Shown here: positions 29,452 to 38,117 of the stretch, one piece after another
Numbering within the stretch: the first letter of the stretch is position 1
Layout: every line of letters starts with the position of its first letter
Assembly: GCA_045863855.1 (NCBI GenBank)
Contig: BTVV01000041.1
Span: 1-47,577 of the forward strand
DNA from: Planctomycetota bacterium
Lineage (GTDB): Bacteria; Planctomycetota; SZUA-567; H5-PLA8
DNA: 47,577 bases
Reading direction: 5' to 3'
Notes under the pieces: generated by a model
The model's database searches: none
The model's input: the letters and a program-made list of their open reading frames with translations, nothing else
What the model was told of the DNA's origin: nothing
Program-made: the position numbers and the translations under genes

Positions 29452-30279
29452 ATGTCCGACCTGCCGCCCCCTGCTCCAACCCATCCTGCGCCCCCCAGAG
29501 CGCCCACACCCGCGCGGCCGCCCGCTTCAAGCGGCGGCGGGAATGTTCTCAAGTGGGTTCTCATCGGCTGCGGCGGCATCACCGTCCTCGGCATCCTCAT
29601 GGTCGTGGGCTTAAGCCTCTTCGTCTGGAACAAAGCCAAGGAAGCCGGTTACGACCATGACTTGATGAAACGCAATCCCGAGCTCGCCGCGGCCAAGATC
29701 GCCGTCGTCTCGAACCCCGACGTAGATCTCGTGAGCATCGACGAGAACAAGCGCACGCTGACCGTGAAAGACAAGAAATCCGGAAAGGTCACTACCCTGA
29801 ATTTGCAGCAGGTGATGGAAGGGAGCTGGAGTTTCGAGACTGTCGATGCGGAAGGCAACGCAGAGCACGTGGAGTTCAAGGCCACGCCCGGCGGAGCGGA
29901 AGATCCGGGCAAACTCCAGGTGACGACCCAGGAAGGCGTGATGACCTACGGCGGCAAGACCGTCGAAACACCCGCTTGGCTCCCGCTCTACCCAGGCGCG
30001 AAAGCGCAGAGCCTGATGTCGAACGCCACCGCCGACCGTGTGCAAGGCATGTTCAGCCAGCAGACGCCCGACAGCGCCGAACAGGTGGCCGCGTTTTACA
30101 AGGAGAAGCTCGAAGCATCCGGCTTTAAGCTGAAGCAGTCGACCTTCCAGCAGGATCAGAAGACCGTCATCAGCCTGCAGACCGAAAAAGACGCGGCCAA
30201 CCGCAGCGTCATCCTCTCGATCATGCAGGAAACCGGCAAGCCGACGACGGCCAGCATTCAGTTCAATGCGCTGAAGTAA
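29452..30279 (+). CDS. Hypothetical single-pass membrane protein
   Basis: Pro-rich N-terminus, TM helix VLKWVLIGCGGITVLGILMVVGLSLFVW, extracytoplasmic domain with PAWLPLYPGA. Confidence 0.8.
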   Translation: MSDLPPPAPTHPAPPRAPTPARPPASSGGGNVLKWVLIGCGGITVLGILMVVGLSLFVWNKAKEAGYDHDLMKRNPELAAAKIAVVSNPDVDLVSIDENKRTLTVKDKKSGKVTTLNLQQVMEGSWSFETVDAEGNAEHVEFKATPGGAEDPGKLQVTTQEGVMTYGGKTVETPAWLPLYPGAKAQSLMSNATADRVQGMFSQQTPDSAEQVAAFYKEKLEASGFKLKQSTFQQDQKTVISLQTEKDAANRSVILSIMQETGKPTTASIQFNALK

Positions 30280-30295
30280 CGCAGCGGGAGAATCT

Positions 30296-31186
30296 ATGTC
30301 CGGACGCGAACGCGCTCGGATGCCGCTTGCATGGAGCGCCCTGCAGCCGTGGGTGCGCTATGCCGAGCGCGAGATCTGGCTGAGCCCGATGCCCGAGCGC
30401 GCGCTCTTCGATCACCAGTGGATTTACGTCATCAAAGGGTGGGTCCGCGCCGAGTTCGACGGGCGCAAGGTCCTGCTCCGGCCGGGCGATTTGTGGGTCA
30501 TCGAGCCCGGAGTCGCGCACGCCGGGGTGCCCGAACCCACCCAGACCGAAATCTTCGGCGTCCATTTCGATTACCGGACCCAGCCCGATTCGCCGCGCTG
30601 GCAGTATCCGCTGCACGAAGGACGCCGCGTGCCGCCGCTGCGCCGTCCCGTGAGCTTGCCGGAAAATCTCGTGCTCTCCGGCGTCTACAAAGCCGAGGCC
30701 TTGCCCGATCTGCGCGCGCCCTTTACCGATCTGGTTGCGGCCTTTCACGAACGCCGGGACGCCGACGTGCTGCGCGTGCGCGCCCGCTGGTTCGATCTGC
30801 TCTACCTGCTCGTTCGAGCGCTCGCCGGAACGGGCCGGCCCGGCGGCAGCTTGATCCGCCACCGCGCCGGCGTCGCGCGCGCCGTGACCTGGCTGGAAGC
30901 GCATTACGCCCAACCGCTCGACCGCGAAGCGCTGGCCCGACGCGTCGGCCTCAGCCCCACGCACCTGACCCACCTCTTCAAGCGCCTGACCGGCCGCTCG
31001 CCGCTGCAGCACCAGCAGCATTTGCGCATGAGCGAAGCCAAACGCCTGCTGCGCGAGACCGAACTCAAGCACCGCGAAATCGCCCGCCGCGTGGGTTATG
31101 CCGATCCGTACCATTTCAGCCGGGCCTTCAAGCAGTACGAAGGCATGGCGCCGCGCTCCTACGCCGAACTTGTCCGCCGGACCTAA
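30296..31186 (+). CDS. AraC family transcriptional regulator (cupin plus double HTH)
   Basis: LRPGDL.VIEPGVAH cupin; LARRVGLSPTHLTHLFK; IARRVGYADPYHFSRAFK. Confidence 0.93.
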   Translation: MSGRERARMPLAWSALQPWVRYAEREIWLSPMPERALFDHQWIYVIKGWVRAEFDGRKVLLRPGDLWVIEPGVAHAGVPEPTQTEIFGVHFDYRTQPDSPRWQYPLHEGRRVPPLRRPVSLPENLVLSGVYKAEALPDLRAPFTDLVAAFHERRDADVLRVRARWFDLLYLLVRALAGTGRPGGSLIRHRAGVARAVTWLEAHYAQPLDREALARRVGLSPTHLTHLFKRLTGRSPLQHQQHLRMSEAKRLLRETELKHREIARRVGYADPYHFSRAFKQYEGMAPRSYAELVRRT

Positions 31187-31223
31187 TCAAGCCTTAAGTC
31201 CTTGGGCTTGGACGGGGCTGGTT

Positions 31224-31254
31224 CCCCTCCTTGCCAAGGAGGGGCAGGGGAGGT
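31224..31254. repeat. REP-like intergenic palindrome
   Basis: Perfect CCCCTCCTTG-C-CAAGGAGGGG followed by CAGGGGAGGT. Confidence 0.7.
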
Positions 31255-31437
31255 GGATCAAACATGCCGCGCGAAGCGCGCTCCGTATCGCAGGAAGACT
31301 ACGCGAAACCCCGTTTCCACTCATTTTGTCATAAACATCCATCTTTTAGTTTCCGCAGGTATTTTGCGCATCTACCGGAAACGTAGAATGCCGGGTGTCG
31401 ATCCGTCACGAACGGTCAACCCGCCAGGAGTTCTGCG

Positions 31438-32688
31438 ATGCCCAGCACCGCCTGCCCCACCCTCGCTCCCGAACGCCGCGCCGCCCTCGATCGCGTACGC
31501 GCTCTGGCTTCCGAACGCCGCCCCCGCTATTCGCTTCCGCAGGCTTTCTATTGCGACGAAGACGTCTTCGCCGTCGACCTCGAACGGGTCTTCAAGCGCC
31601 ATTGGCTCTTCGCCGGGCACGTCTGCCAGATTCCCAAGCGCGGCGATTACTTCACGTGGAAGGTCGGCGCCGATCCGCTGATCGTCGTCCGCGGCGAAGA
31701 CGGCGCCGTGCATGCCCATCACAACGTCTGTACGCATCGCGGTTCGGTCCTGACGGATAAAGCCTGCGGCCGAGCCGGCAAGTTCGTCTGCCCCTACCAC
31801 CAATGGGTCTTCGAACTCGACGGGCGATTGGCCTCCGCGCGCCAAATGCCGGACGACTTTGAATTTCCGGCCTACGGCCTGCGCCCGGTCCACGTTCGAG
31901 TCCTGGCCGGATTGATCTTCGTCTGCCTGCACGACGCTCCGCCGCCCTTCGAGCCATACGCCGCGGCCGTCGAGCCCTTCACCGCGCCGTACGAGATGGA
32001 AAACGTCAAGATCGCCTGCGCGCGCCGCTACGAACTCCATTCTAATTGGAAGCTGATCACCGAGAACTTCCGCGAGTGCTACCACTGCGCGGGCGGGCAT
32101 CCCGAATATTGCCGCGCCGTCCTGGGCTCCGGCACCGATCACCCGGTTTACGTCAAGGACGACCGAGCCGCCGTCTGGACCGACCGCACCGCGCACTGGA
32201 AACGCCTGGGCCTCGCTACCGGCTCCGTCGATTTCACCCGCGAACGCTGGTACCACTGCAACCGCTACCCGTTCCGTCCGGGATTCGTCAGCCAGACGCT
32301 GGACGGGCAGCCCTGCGCGCCGCTGCTGGGCCGGTTGCCCGACCGCGACGTTGGCGTCTTCGCCATCGTCAGCTATCCGCAATTCTGGCACGAATCGTCG
32401 AGCGATTACTTCATCACCATTCGCGTCACGCCCATCTCGGCCACACGCAGCGATGCCGATGTTTGCTGGTACGTGCGGGAAGATGCCGTCGAAGGGCGCG
32501 ACTACGAACCCGAACGTGTGGCCGCGTTCTGGCGCGCCACCGCCGAACAGGATTGGAAGCTCGGCGAAGACAACCAGGCCGGCATCCTCTCCTCCGCCTA
32601 CCGTCCCGGTCCGCTGGGCCCGATCGAAGACGGCATCGAGATCTTTCTGGAGTGGTACCTCGACCAGGTCGCGCGGCCGGAAGACTAA
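31438..32688 (+). CDS. Rieske non-heme iron oxygenase alpha subunit (GbcA/choline monooxygenase-like)
   Basis: Rieske ligands CTHRG and CPYHQW; mononuclear iron site NWK..ENFRECYHC..HPE and EQD. AGGAG RBS. Confidence 0.9.
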   Translation: MPSTACPTLAPERRAALDRVRALASERRPRYSLPQAFYCDEDVFAVDLERVFKRHWLFAGHVCQIPKRGDYFTWKVGADPLIVVRGEDGAVHAHHNVCTHRGSVLTDKACGRAGKFVCPYHQWVFELDGRLASARQMPDDFEFPAYGLRPVHVRVLAGLIFVCLHDAPPPFEPYAAAVEPFTAPYEMENVKIACARRYELHSNWKLITENFRECYHCAGGHPEYCRAVLGSGTDHPVYVKDDRAAVWTDRTAHWKRLGLATGSVDFTRERWYHCNRYPFRPGFVSQTLDGQPCAPLLGRLPDRDVGVFAIVSYPQFWHESSSDYFITIRVTPISATRSDADVCWYVREDAVEGRDYEPERVAAFWRATAEQDWKLGEDNQAGILSSAYRPGPLGPIEDGIEIFLEWYLDQVARPED

Positions 32689-32788
32689 AGCCCCGCGCTT
32701 TTATTTTTTCGAGCAAGGCCATGGGCCCTGCGGCTACGACGGTTCGTATCCAAGCGGACGCTGGGGCGTCTTCTGAACGGGGTACCAT

Positions 32789-32822
32789 AAAAAAAGCCCG
32801 CCTCCTGAGGAGACGGGCTTTC
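32789..32822 (-). terminator. Intrinsic terminator, probably bidirectional
   Basis: AAAAAAAGCCCGCCTCCTGAGGAGACGGGCTTTT: a GC stem with a 7-U tail on the minus strand and a 4-U tail on the plus strand, between convergent genes. Confidence 0.85.
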
Positions 32823-32840
32823 GCGCGTGCGGACTACGCG

Positions 32841-33332
32841 CTACTTCGCCAATGCGGCTTCAATGGCCTGATGCAAGGAATCGTCTTCAAAATGGCCTTT
32901 CCAGGCCACCTTCCCATCCTTGCCCACCAGGAACATGGTCGGATAGCCTTCCACCCCATAGGCCGTGGCCGTGGGGCGGGCATCCGAAAGCAGCGCGTAC
33001 TCCTCGATCTTATGCTTCTCTTTGAACTTTTTGACTCCGGCCTCCGCATCCAGCGAAGGGGCGACCACCACAAGACCCTTCTCGGCGTACTTTGTCGCCA
33101 AGGCTTTGATCTTGGGGACCGCATCGTTGCACGGCCCTCACCTCGCGAACCAAAAATCCACGAGGTGAACCTTGCCGGTCAGGACCGGCGCTTGGCCGTC
33201 CTTGCTGAACCAGGTCTTGCCCTGGAGTGCGGGCGCTGCCGCGCCTACGGCGATCCCGGGCGCTTCCCGGGCCGACGCCGCGGCGCAGAACAGGACGGCG
33301 GGGAGCATGAGCGCCCCGATTCGATGGTGCAT
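32841..33332 (-). CDS. Exported TlpA/ResA-like thioredoxin-fold protein with in-frame UGA (putative selenocysteine, UxxC)
   Basis: ORF-track pieces 33138-33347 and 32841-33101 are in the same frame, separated only by TGA (33140-33138): VHLVDFWFAR-U-GPC-NDAVPKIKAL...YGVEGYPTMFLVGKDGKV. GGAGG RBS before ATG 33332; signal peptide; 163 aa. Confidence 0.85.
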
Positions 33333-33532
33333 GACGACCTCCTTCATGAGGTTCCCGCGACGGGGCCAACCGCCGCTTCATTGGGACGGGCATTCGCCCG
33401 CCCGTGGCTTCGATAGCGTATCCTCACGGCGCATTTCCAGGCTAGGCCGTTCATCCAACGCCCGCTTCTTCTAGCTTGCCAAACGCTTCGCTTTGTCCAG
33501 GCATCCCGCAACGCGCGGCTATAATTCCACGC

Positions 33533-34423
33533 ATGTACACCACTCAGGCCACGCGCCCCATCGAGGTTCGCTTTCCGCCCAGCGGCATCTTCATCTTCGA
33601 AAGCCACCACGGCGCGCGCTTCTACATGGCGCCGACGCGCAAGGATTTCCTGAAGGTCGTCTACGTGCTCAAGGGCAGCGGGCAGGTCGAAAGTCCGCTG
33701 CTGGAACGGAGCCTGCCCGTCCGGCAGGGCGATCTGGTCCTCGTTTCGCCGCAGCAACGCCACGCCTTCCAGGACGATCCGAGTTCCGAAGCGGCTTATA
33801 TCGTGCTTTGCGTGCGCACCGAAGTCCTCAAGCGCTGCGGCGAAGATCTCTGGCGCGCCCCGCGCCCCATCCGCTACCGCAACGACGCGCTCGCCCAGGA
33901 AGCCGACGAACTCTTCCGGCGGCTCTTCTTCGAACAATACCTGCGTCGGCCCGCCCACGCCGAAATGATGCTCGGACTCACCGTCCAATTGCTCGCCGTC
34001 ATGGCCCGCGCCCGGGAACGCCTGAACGCGCCCAAGCCCCCGGCCCCCGCCGCGAGAACGCCCAGGGAAGCCCGGGTTCACGAATACCTTCGCGATCTGG
34101 AAGAACGCTACGATGCGGACGAAAAGCTCGACAACGTCGCCGCGCGCCTGGGCATGAGCCGCCGGTCGTTCACCGCCTTCTTCCGCAGGATCGCCGGTCA
34201 ATCCTGGCACCGCTATCTGCGCGAGGTCCGCATCCGCAAAGCCAAACCGCTGCTCCTCAGCGACGGCCACACCGCTTTGTGGGTGGCGCTCGAATGCGGC
34301 TTTCAGGATCTCTCCACCTTCTATCGCGCTTTTCGAGCGGTCGAAGGCGTCACCCCCACGCAATGGGTGAACGCGCAGAAGAAAGCCCCGCCCTCGCCCG
34401 GAAGTTCGCCCCGCGGCCGGTAG
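33533..34423 (+). CDS. AraC family transcriptional regulator
   Basis: Cupin (ESHHG..VRQGDLVLV..QRH), VAARLGMSRRSFTAFF, VALECGFQDLSTFYRAF. TATAAT lies 7 nt before the ATG. Confidence 0.92.
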   Translation: MYTTQATRPIEVRFPPSGIFIFESHHGARFYMAPTRKDFLKVVYVLKGSGQVESPLLERSLPVRQGDLVLVSPQQRHAFQDDPSSEAAYIVLCVRTEVLKRCGEDLWRAPRPIRYRNDALAQEADELFRRLFFEQYLRRPAHAEMMLGLTVQLLAVMARARERLNAPKPPAPAARTPREARVHEYLRDLEERYDADEKLDNVAARLGMSRRSFTAFFRRIAGQSWHRYLREVRIRKAKPLLLSDGHTALWVALECGFQDLSTFYRAFRAVEGVTPTQWVNAQKKAPPSPGSSPRGR

Positions 34424-34530
34424 CCTTGCGCACGCTTGCCCGAATTGCCTACGCCGCTTGCCCGCCTCGCCAGGAGTTCCCCCGTCCGGAGGGCTAGATT
34501 GAAGGCGTACGTCGTTCCGGGGAACTCGAA

Positions 34531-35598
34531 ATGGCTTTGTCTCAGGCGATCGCCGCGCTCATCCGCCGCGGAACCGTGATTCCCGCCACGCCGCTGGCGC
34601 TCAACGCCCAGCGCCGCTTCGACGAACGACGCCAGCGCGCCCTGATGCGCTACTACGCCGACGCCGGCGCCGGAGGCATCGCCGTCGGCATGCACTTCAC
34701 CCAGTTCGAGATTCGCAAACCCGGCATCGACCTCTTCGAACCGGTCCTGCGCGTCTGCGCCGACGAAATCGACCGCCGCGCCAAGGCGCTCGAGCGCCCC
34801 ATCGCAAAAATCTCAGGCATCGAAGGCACGACGCCCTCCGCCGTGCAGCAAGCGCAGCTTGCGCGGGAACTGGGCTACGACATCGGCATCGTCTCCCTCG
34901 CCGCCTTCAAGGGCGCGATGGAACAGGAACTCATTCATCACGTCCGGACGCTCGGCAAGATCATGCCGCTCTTCGGGTTTTATCTGCTCACCGGCGTGGG
35001 CGGGATCCGCCTCAGCTACGCCTTCTGGCGCGAACTGGCGGAGATCGAACAGGTCATTGGGATCAAGATCGCGCCCTTCGACCGCTACGGCACGATCGAC
35101 GTCGCGCGAGCCGTCGCCGACGCCGGGCGCGAGGCGTCCATCGCGCTCTACACCGGCAACGACGACAGCATCCTCTACGACCTCCTGACGCCGCTGCGCT
35201 TCGGGCCGCCGGACTCCGCGCCAACCGTGCGCATCCGCGGCGGGCTGCTGGGCCAATGGGCCTGCTGGACCCGGCGAGCGGTGGAACTGCACGAACGCGT
35301 GCGCCGTCTGGCCGAGGGCGGCGAGCCCGTCACGCCCGAGTGGCTCACGCTTTCGGCCCAGATCACAGATGCCAACGCCGCGCTCTTCGATCCCGCGCAC
35401 GGCTTCGCCGGAAGCATCCCCGGCGTGAACGAGATCCTGCGCCGCCAAGGCTTGCTGGAAGGCGCGTGGACGCTCAAGCGCGACGAGACGCTCTCGCCCG
35501 GGCAAGCTGCCGAGATCGACCGCGTCTGCGCGGCCTATCCGCACCTGACCGACGACGATTTCGTGCGCGCCAACCTCGAACGCTGGCTCAACGAATAG
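34531..35598 (+). CDS. DHDPS/NAL-family class I aldolase-like protein
   Basis: VIPATPLAL..FDERRQRAL.RYY.DAGAGGIAVG, Schiff-base GIKIAPF, LYTGNDD. Confidence 0.85.
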   Translation: MALSQAIAALIRRGTVIPATPLALNAQRRFDERRQRALMRYYADAGAGGIAVGMHFTQFEIRKPGIDLFEPVLRVCADEIDRRAKALERPIAKISGIEGTTPSAVQQAQLARELGYDIGIVSLAAFKGAMEQELIHHVRTLGKIMPLFGFYLLTGVGGIRLSYAFWRELAEIEQVIGIKIAPFDRYGTIDVARAVADAGREASIALYTGNDDSILYDLLTPLRFGPPDSAPTVRIRGGLLGQWACWTRRAVELHERVRRLAEGGEPVTPEWLTLSAQITDANAALFDPAHGFAGSIPGVNEILRRQGLLEGAWTLKRDETLSPGQAAEIDRVCAAYPHLTDDDFVRANLERWLNE

Positions 35599-35609
35599 AA
35601 AGGCCGACC

Positions 35610-36671
35610 ATGCCCGAACGGGAACTCGCCGGAACGCTCGAAACCGAGGCCATACCCGAGGCCTTTCGCGACGAAGAACACCTCGAAGCATTCCAGTCCA
35701 CGCCGCCCCGCGCACTGGTCGAAGACTTCGCCGGCCTGGACGGCGATATCCTCGTGCTCGGCGTCGCCGGCAAGGTCGGCCCCACGCTGGCCATGATGGC
35801 CAAGCGCGCCGCGCCGGATAAACGCATCGTCGGCGTCGCGCGCTTCTCCGATCCCGCCGTCAAACGCCGCCTCGAAGCCGCAGGCGTGGAGACGCGCGTC
35901 TGCGATCTTCTCGATCCCCAGGCTCTCGCCGCGCTGCCCGATCTGCCCAACGTCGTCTACATGGCCGGAAAAAAGTTCGGCACCGCCGGCACCGAACCTT
36001 ACACCTGGGCCATGAACGCCGTGGCGCCCACGTACGTCGCGCAGCGCTTCCGCCGCACGCGCTTCGTCGCCTTCTCGACGCTTTGCGTCTATCCCTTCGC
36101 GCCCGTGAACGGACCCGGCTCCGCGCCCGAAAACACCCCGCCGACGCCGGTGGGCGAGTACGCGAACTCCTGCGTGGCCCGCGAACGCGTGTTCCAGTAC
36201 TTCTCAGAACGCACCCAAAGCCCCGGCGTCCTCGCGCGCCTGAATTACGCCATCGATTGCCGCTACGGCGTCTTGAACGACATCGGCCGCAGCGTCCTGA
36301 GCGGCGAGCCGATCGATCTGCGCACCGGGGTCGCCAACTGCATCTGGCAAGGCGACGCCATCGCGCATATCTTGCGCGCGCTCACGCAAGGAAGCGTCCC
36401 GGCTCGAGCGATCAACATCGGAGCGCCGCGCACCGCCTCGGTGCGGTACATCGCCCGGCGCTTCGGCGAATGCTTCGGCAAAGCCCCTGTCTTCCAAGGC
36501 GCGGAAGCCGCCCACGCCTGGCACAACGACTGCTCCGAAGCCCAGCGCCTGTGGGGCGATCCGGCCGTGGACCTCGACACGATGATACGCTGGAACGCCG
36601 ATTGGCTGCGCCGCGGCCTGCCGCTTTTTGGAAAACCCACGCATTACGCGGAACGCGACGGAGTCTTTTAA
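35610..36671 (+). CDS. NAD-dependent epimerase/dehydratase-like atypical SDR
   Basis: LGVAGKVG Rossmann motif, YMAGKKFG, EYANSC, RLNYAID.RYGVL. Confidence 0.85.
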   Translation: MPERELAGTLETEAIPEAFRDEEHLEAFQSTPPRALVEDFAGLDGDILVLGVAGKVGPTLAMMAKRAAPDKRIVGVARFSDPAVKRRLEAAGVETRVCDLLDPQALAALPDLPNVVYMAGKKFGTAGTEPYTWAMNAVAPTYVAQRFRRTRFVAFSTLCVYPFAPVNGPGSAPENTPPTPVGEYANSCVARERVFQYFSERTQSPGVLARLNYAIDCRYGVLNDIGRSVLSGEPIDLRTGVANCIWQGDAIAHILRALTQGSVPARAINIGAPRTASVRYIARRFGECFGKAPVFQGAEAAHAWHNDCSEAQRLWGDPAVDLDTMIRWNADWLRRGLPLFGKPTHYAERDGVF

Positions 36672-36674
36672 ACG

Positions 36675-37847
36675 ATGAGATCGCCCACGATCCATCGCTT
36701 CGACGCCCCCGCGTGCGTGCAACATGGCGCCGGCGTGCGCGCGCAGCTTCCCGAACGCGTGCGCGAGTTCGGCGGCTCGCGCGTCCTGCTCGTCACCGAT
36801 CCGGGCCTCGTGAAGATGGGCGTCGCCGGCGAAGCCGTTACGGCGCTCGAACGCGCCGGGCTTGCCGTCGCCGTCTTCGACGGCGTGCAGCCCGATCCCA
36901 CCGACGCCAACGTGGCGCAAGGTTTCGAGGCGCTGCGCGCGCACCGAGCCGACCTCGTCGTCGCGCTGGGCGGAGGTTCGCCCATCGACGTGGCCAAGGT
37001 CGTCGCGATTCGAGCGGCCAATCCAGAGCCGCTGCCCGCGTTCATGGGCCTCCATAAAATCCCGAACGCCGGACTGCCGGTCATCGCCATGCCCACCACC
37101 GCCGGAACCGGCAGCGAAGTCACCAAGGTGGCCGTGATCACCGACACGAGCAACAGCATCAAGATGATGATGCTCAGCGCCCGGCTGCTCCCGCGCGCCG
37201 CGCTGGTCGATTACGAACTCTCGCTCGGCATGCCCAAGCCGCTCACCGCCGCCGTGGGCGTGGACACCTTGACGCACGGGATCGAAGCGTACGTTTCGCG
37301 CAAAGCCAACGCGCTCACCGATCCCCTCGCTTTGCAGTGCATCGAACTGGCCGCGCGGCATCTGCGCCAGGCCTGGGCCGAACCGTCGAACCGCGAAGCG
37401 CGCGAAGGCATGATGCTCGCCGCCACCCTCGGCGGGCTGGCCTTCTCCAACAGCAGCGTGGCGCTGGTCCACGGCATGAGCCGCCCGCTCGGGACGCTGC
37501 TCCATCTGCCGCACGGCCTCTCGAACGCCGTCCTCCTGCCCGCCGTCACCCGCTACTCGATCCCGGCCGCGCCCGAACGCTACGCCGCCGTCGCCCGAAC
37601 CGTCCGCTGCGCCGCTCCGGAAACCTCCGACGCCGCCGCCTGCGCGGCGCTCGTCGAATGGCTCGAAGCCCTCAACCGGACGCTCGAAATCCCCCGCCTC
37701 TCCGAATGCGCCCGCCAACCCTGGTCCCGCGTCGAACCCGAACTTTCCAAGCTGGCCCAAGACGCCCTCGCCTCCGGCAGCCCCGCCCAAAACCCCCGCG
37801 TCCCGACGCCGGAAGAGATCGCCGCCCTGTACCGGCAGGCGTGGTAA
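36675..37847 (+). CDS. Iron-containing alcohol dehydrogenase
   Basis: ALGGGSPIDVAK, PTTAGTGSEVT, DTLTHGIEAY, HGMS, HGLSNA. Confidence 0.95.
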   Translation: MRSPTIHRFDAPACVQHGAGVRAQLPERVREFGGSRVLLVTDPGLVKMGVAGEAVTALERAGLAVAVFDGVQPDPTDANVAQGFEALRAHRADLVVALGGGSPIDVAKVVAIRAANPEPLPAFMGLHKIPNAGLPVIAMPTTAGTGSEVTKVAVITDTSNSIKMMMLSARLLPRAALVDYELSLGMPKPLTAAVGVDTLTHGIEAYVSRKANALTDPLALQCIELAARHLRQAWAEPSNREAREGMMLAATLGGLAFSNSSVALVHGMSRPLGTLLHLPHGLSNAVLLPAVTRYSIPAAPERYAAVARTVRCAAPETSDAAACAALVEWLEALNRTLEIPRLSECARQPWSRVEPELSKLAQDALASGSPAQNPRVPTPEEIAALYRQAW

Positions 37848-37977
37848 GCGCGAAGTTATTAAGCGTTAGGTGGAGCAGCAGGGCGTTTCACCTTCCGAAC
37901 GGCTCCACACACGTGCAATTCCCAGGCGCGAATCTGCTCTTTTCAGGGGGTACTTAACGCAATTTCACGCGTGGTTA

Positions 37978-38006
37978 TTGTCTTCTGTAACAGGTGGTTT
38001 TATGCT
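37978..38006 (+). promoter_or_regulatory. Candidate sigma70-type promoter for the surface-protein gene
   Basis: TTGTCT-N17-TATGCT in an AT-rich intergenic region. Confidence 0.45.
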
Positions 38007-38117
38007 TAAGGTTCATCAAGATGCACTTCCAATGACCTGTTGCTTCAGTTGCAGCTAGCTTCGAGATCATTCAGTCCAAAAACGTTCTAGACTGGGACAG
38101 AGATCGGAGGCACGGGC

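Noticed and set aside
31318..31390. Possible PHO box or sigma70 promoter upstream of the Rieske gene (TTGTCAT; TTGCGC...TAGAAT)
   Set aside because: No second half-site at 11 bp, and the -35/-10 spacer is only 14 nt.
33102..33140. Redoxin as a frameshifted pseudogene or two small genes
   Set aside because: Both parts are in the same frame with no other lesions, and the only stop is a TGA at the catalytic Cys position. Sec recoding is more parsimonious, though unproven.
33493..33498. TTGTCC as the -35 element for the AraC promoter
   Set aside because: Spacing to TATAAT is 21 nt, which is too long.
14092..35609. N-terminal extensions in the ORF track (14092, 16735, 20777, 25204, 26651, 35256 starts) suggesting fusions
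   Set aside because: Each overlaps the upstream gene or intergenic DNA. An internal ATG with an RBS or stop-start coupling gives a normal family-length protein.
37870..38058. 62-aa ORF upstream of the surface protein
   Set aside because: No RBS or motif, and it overlaps the likely promoter region.
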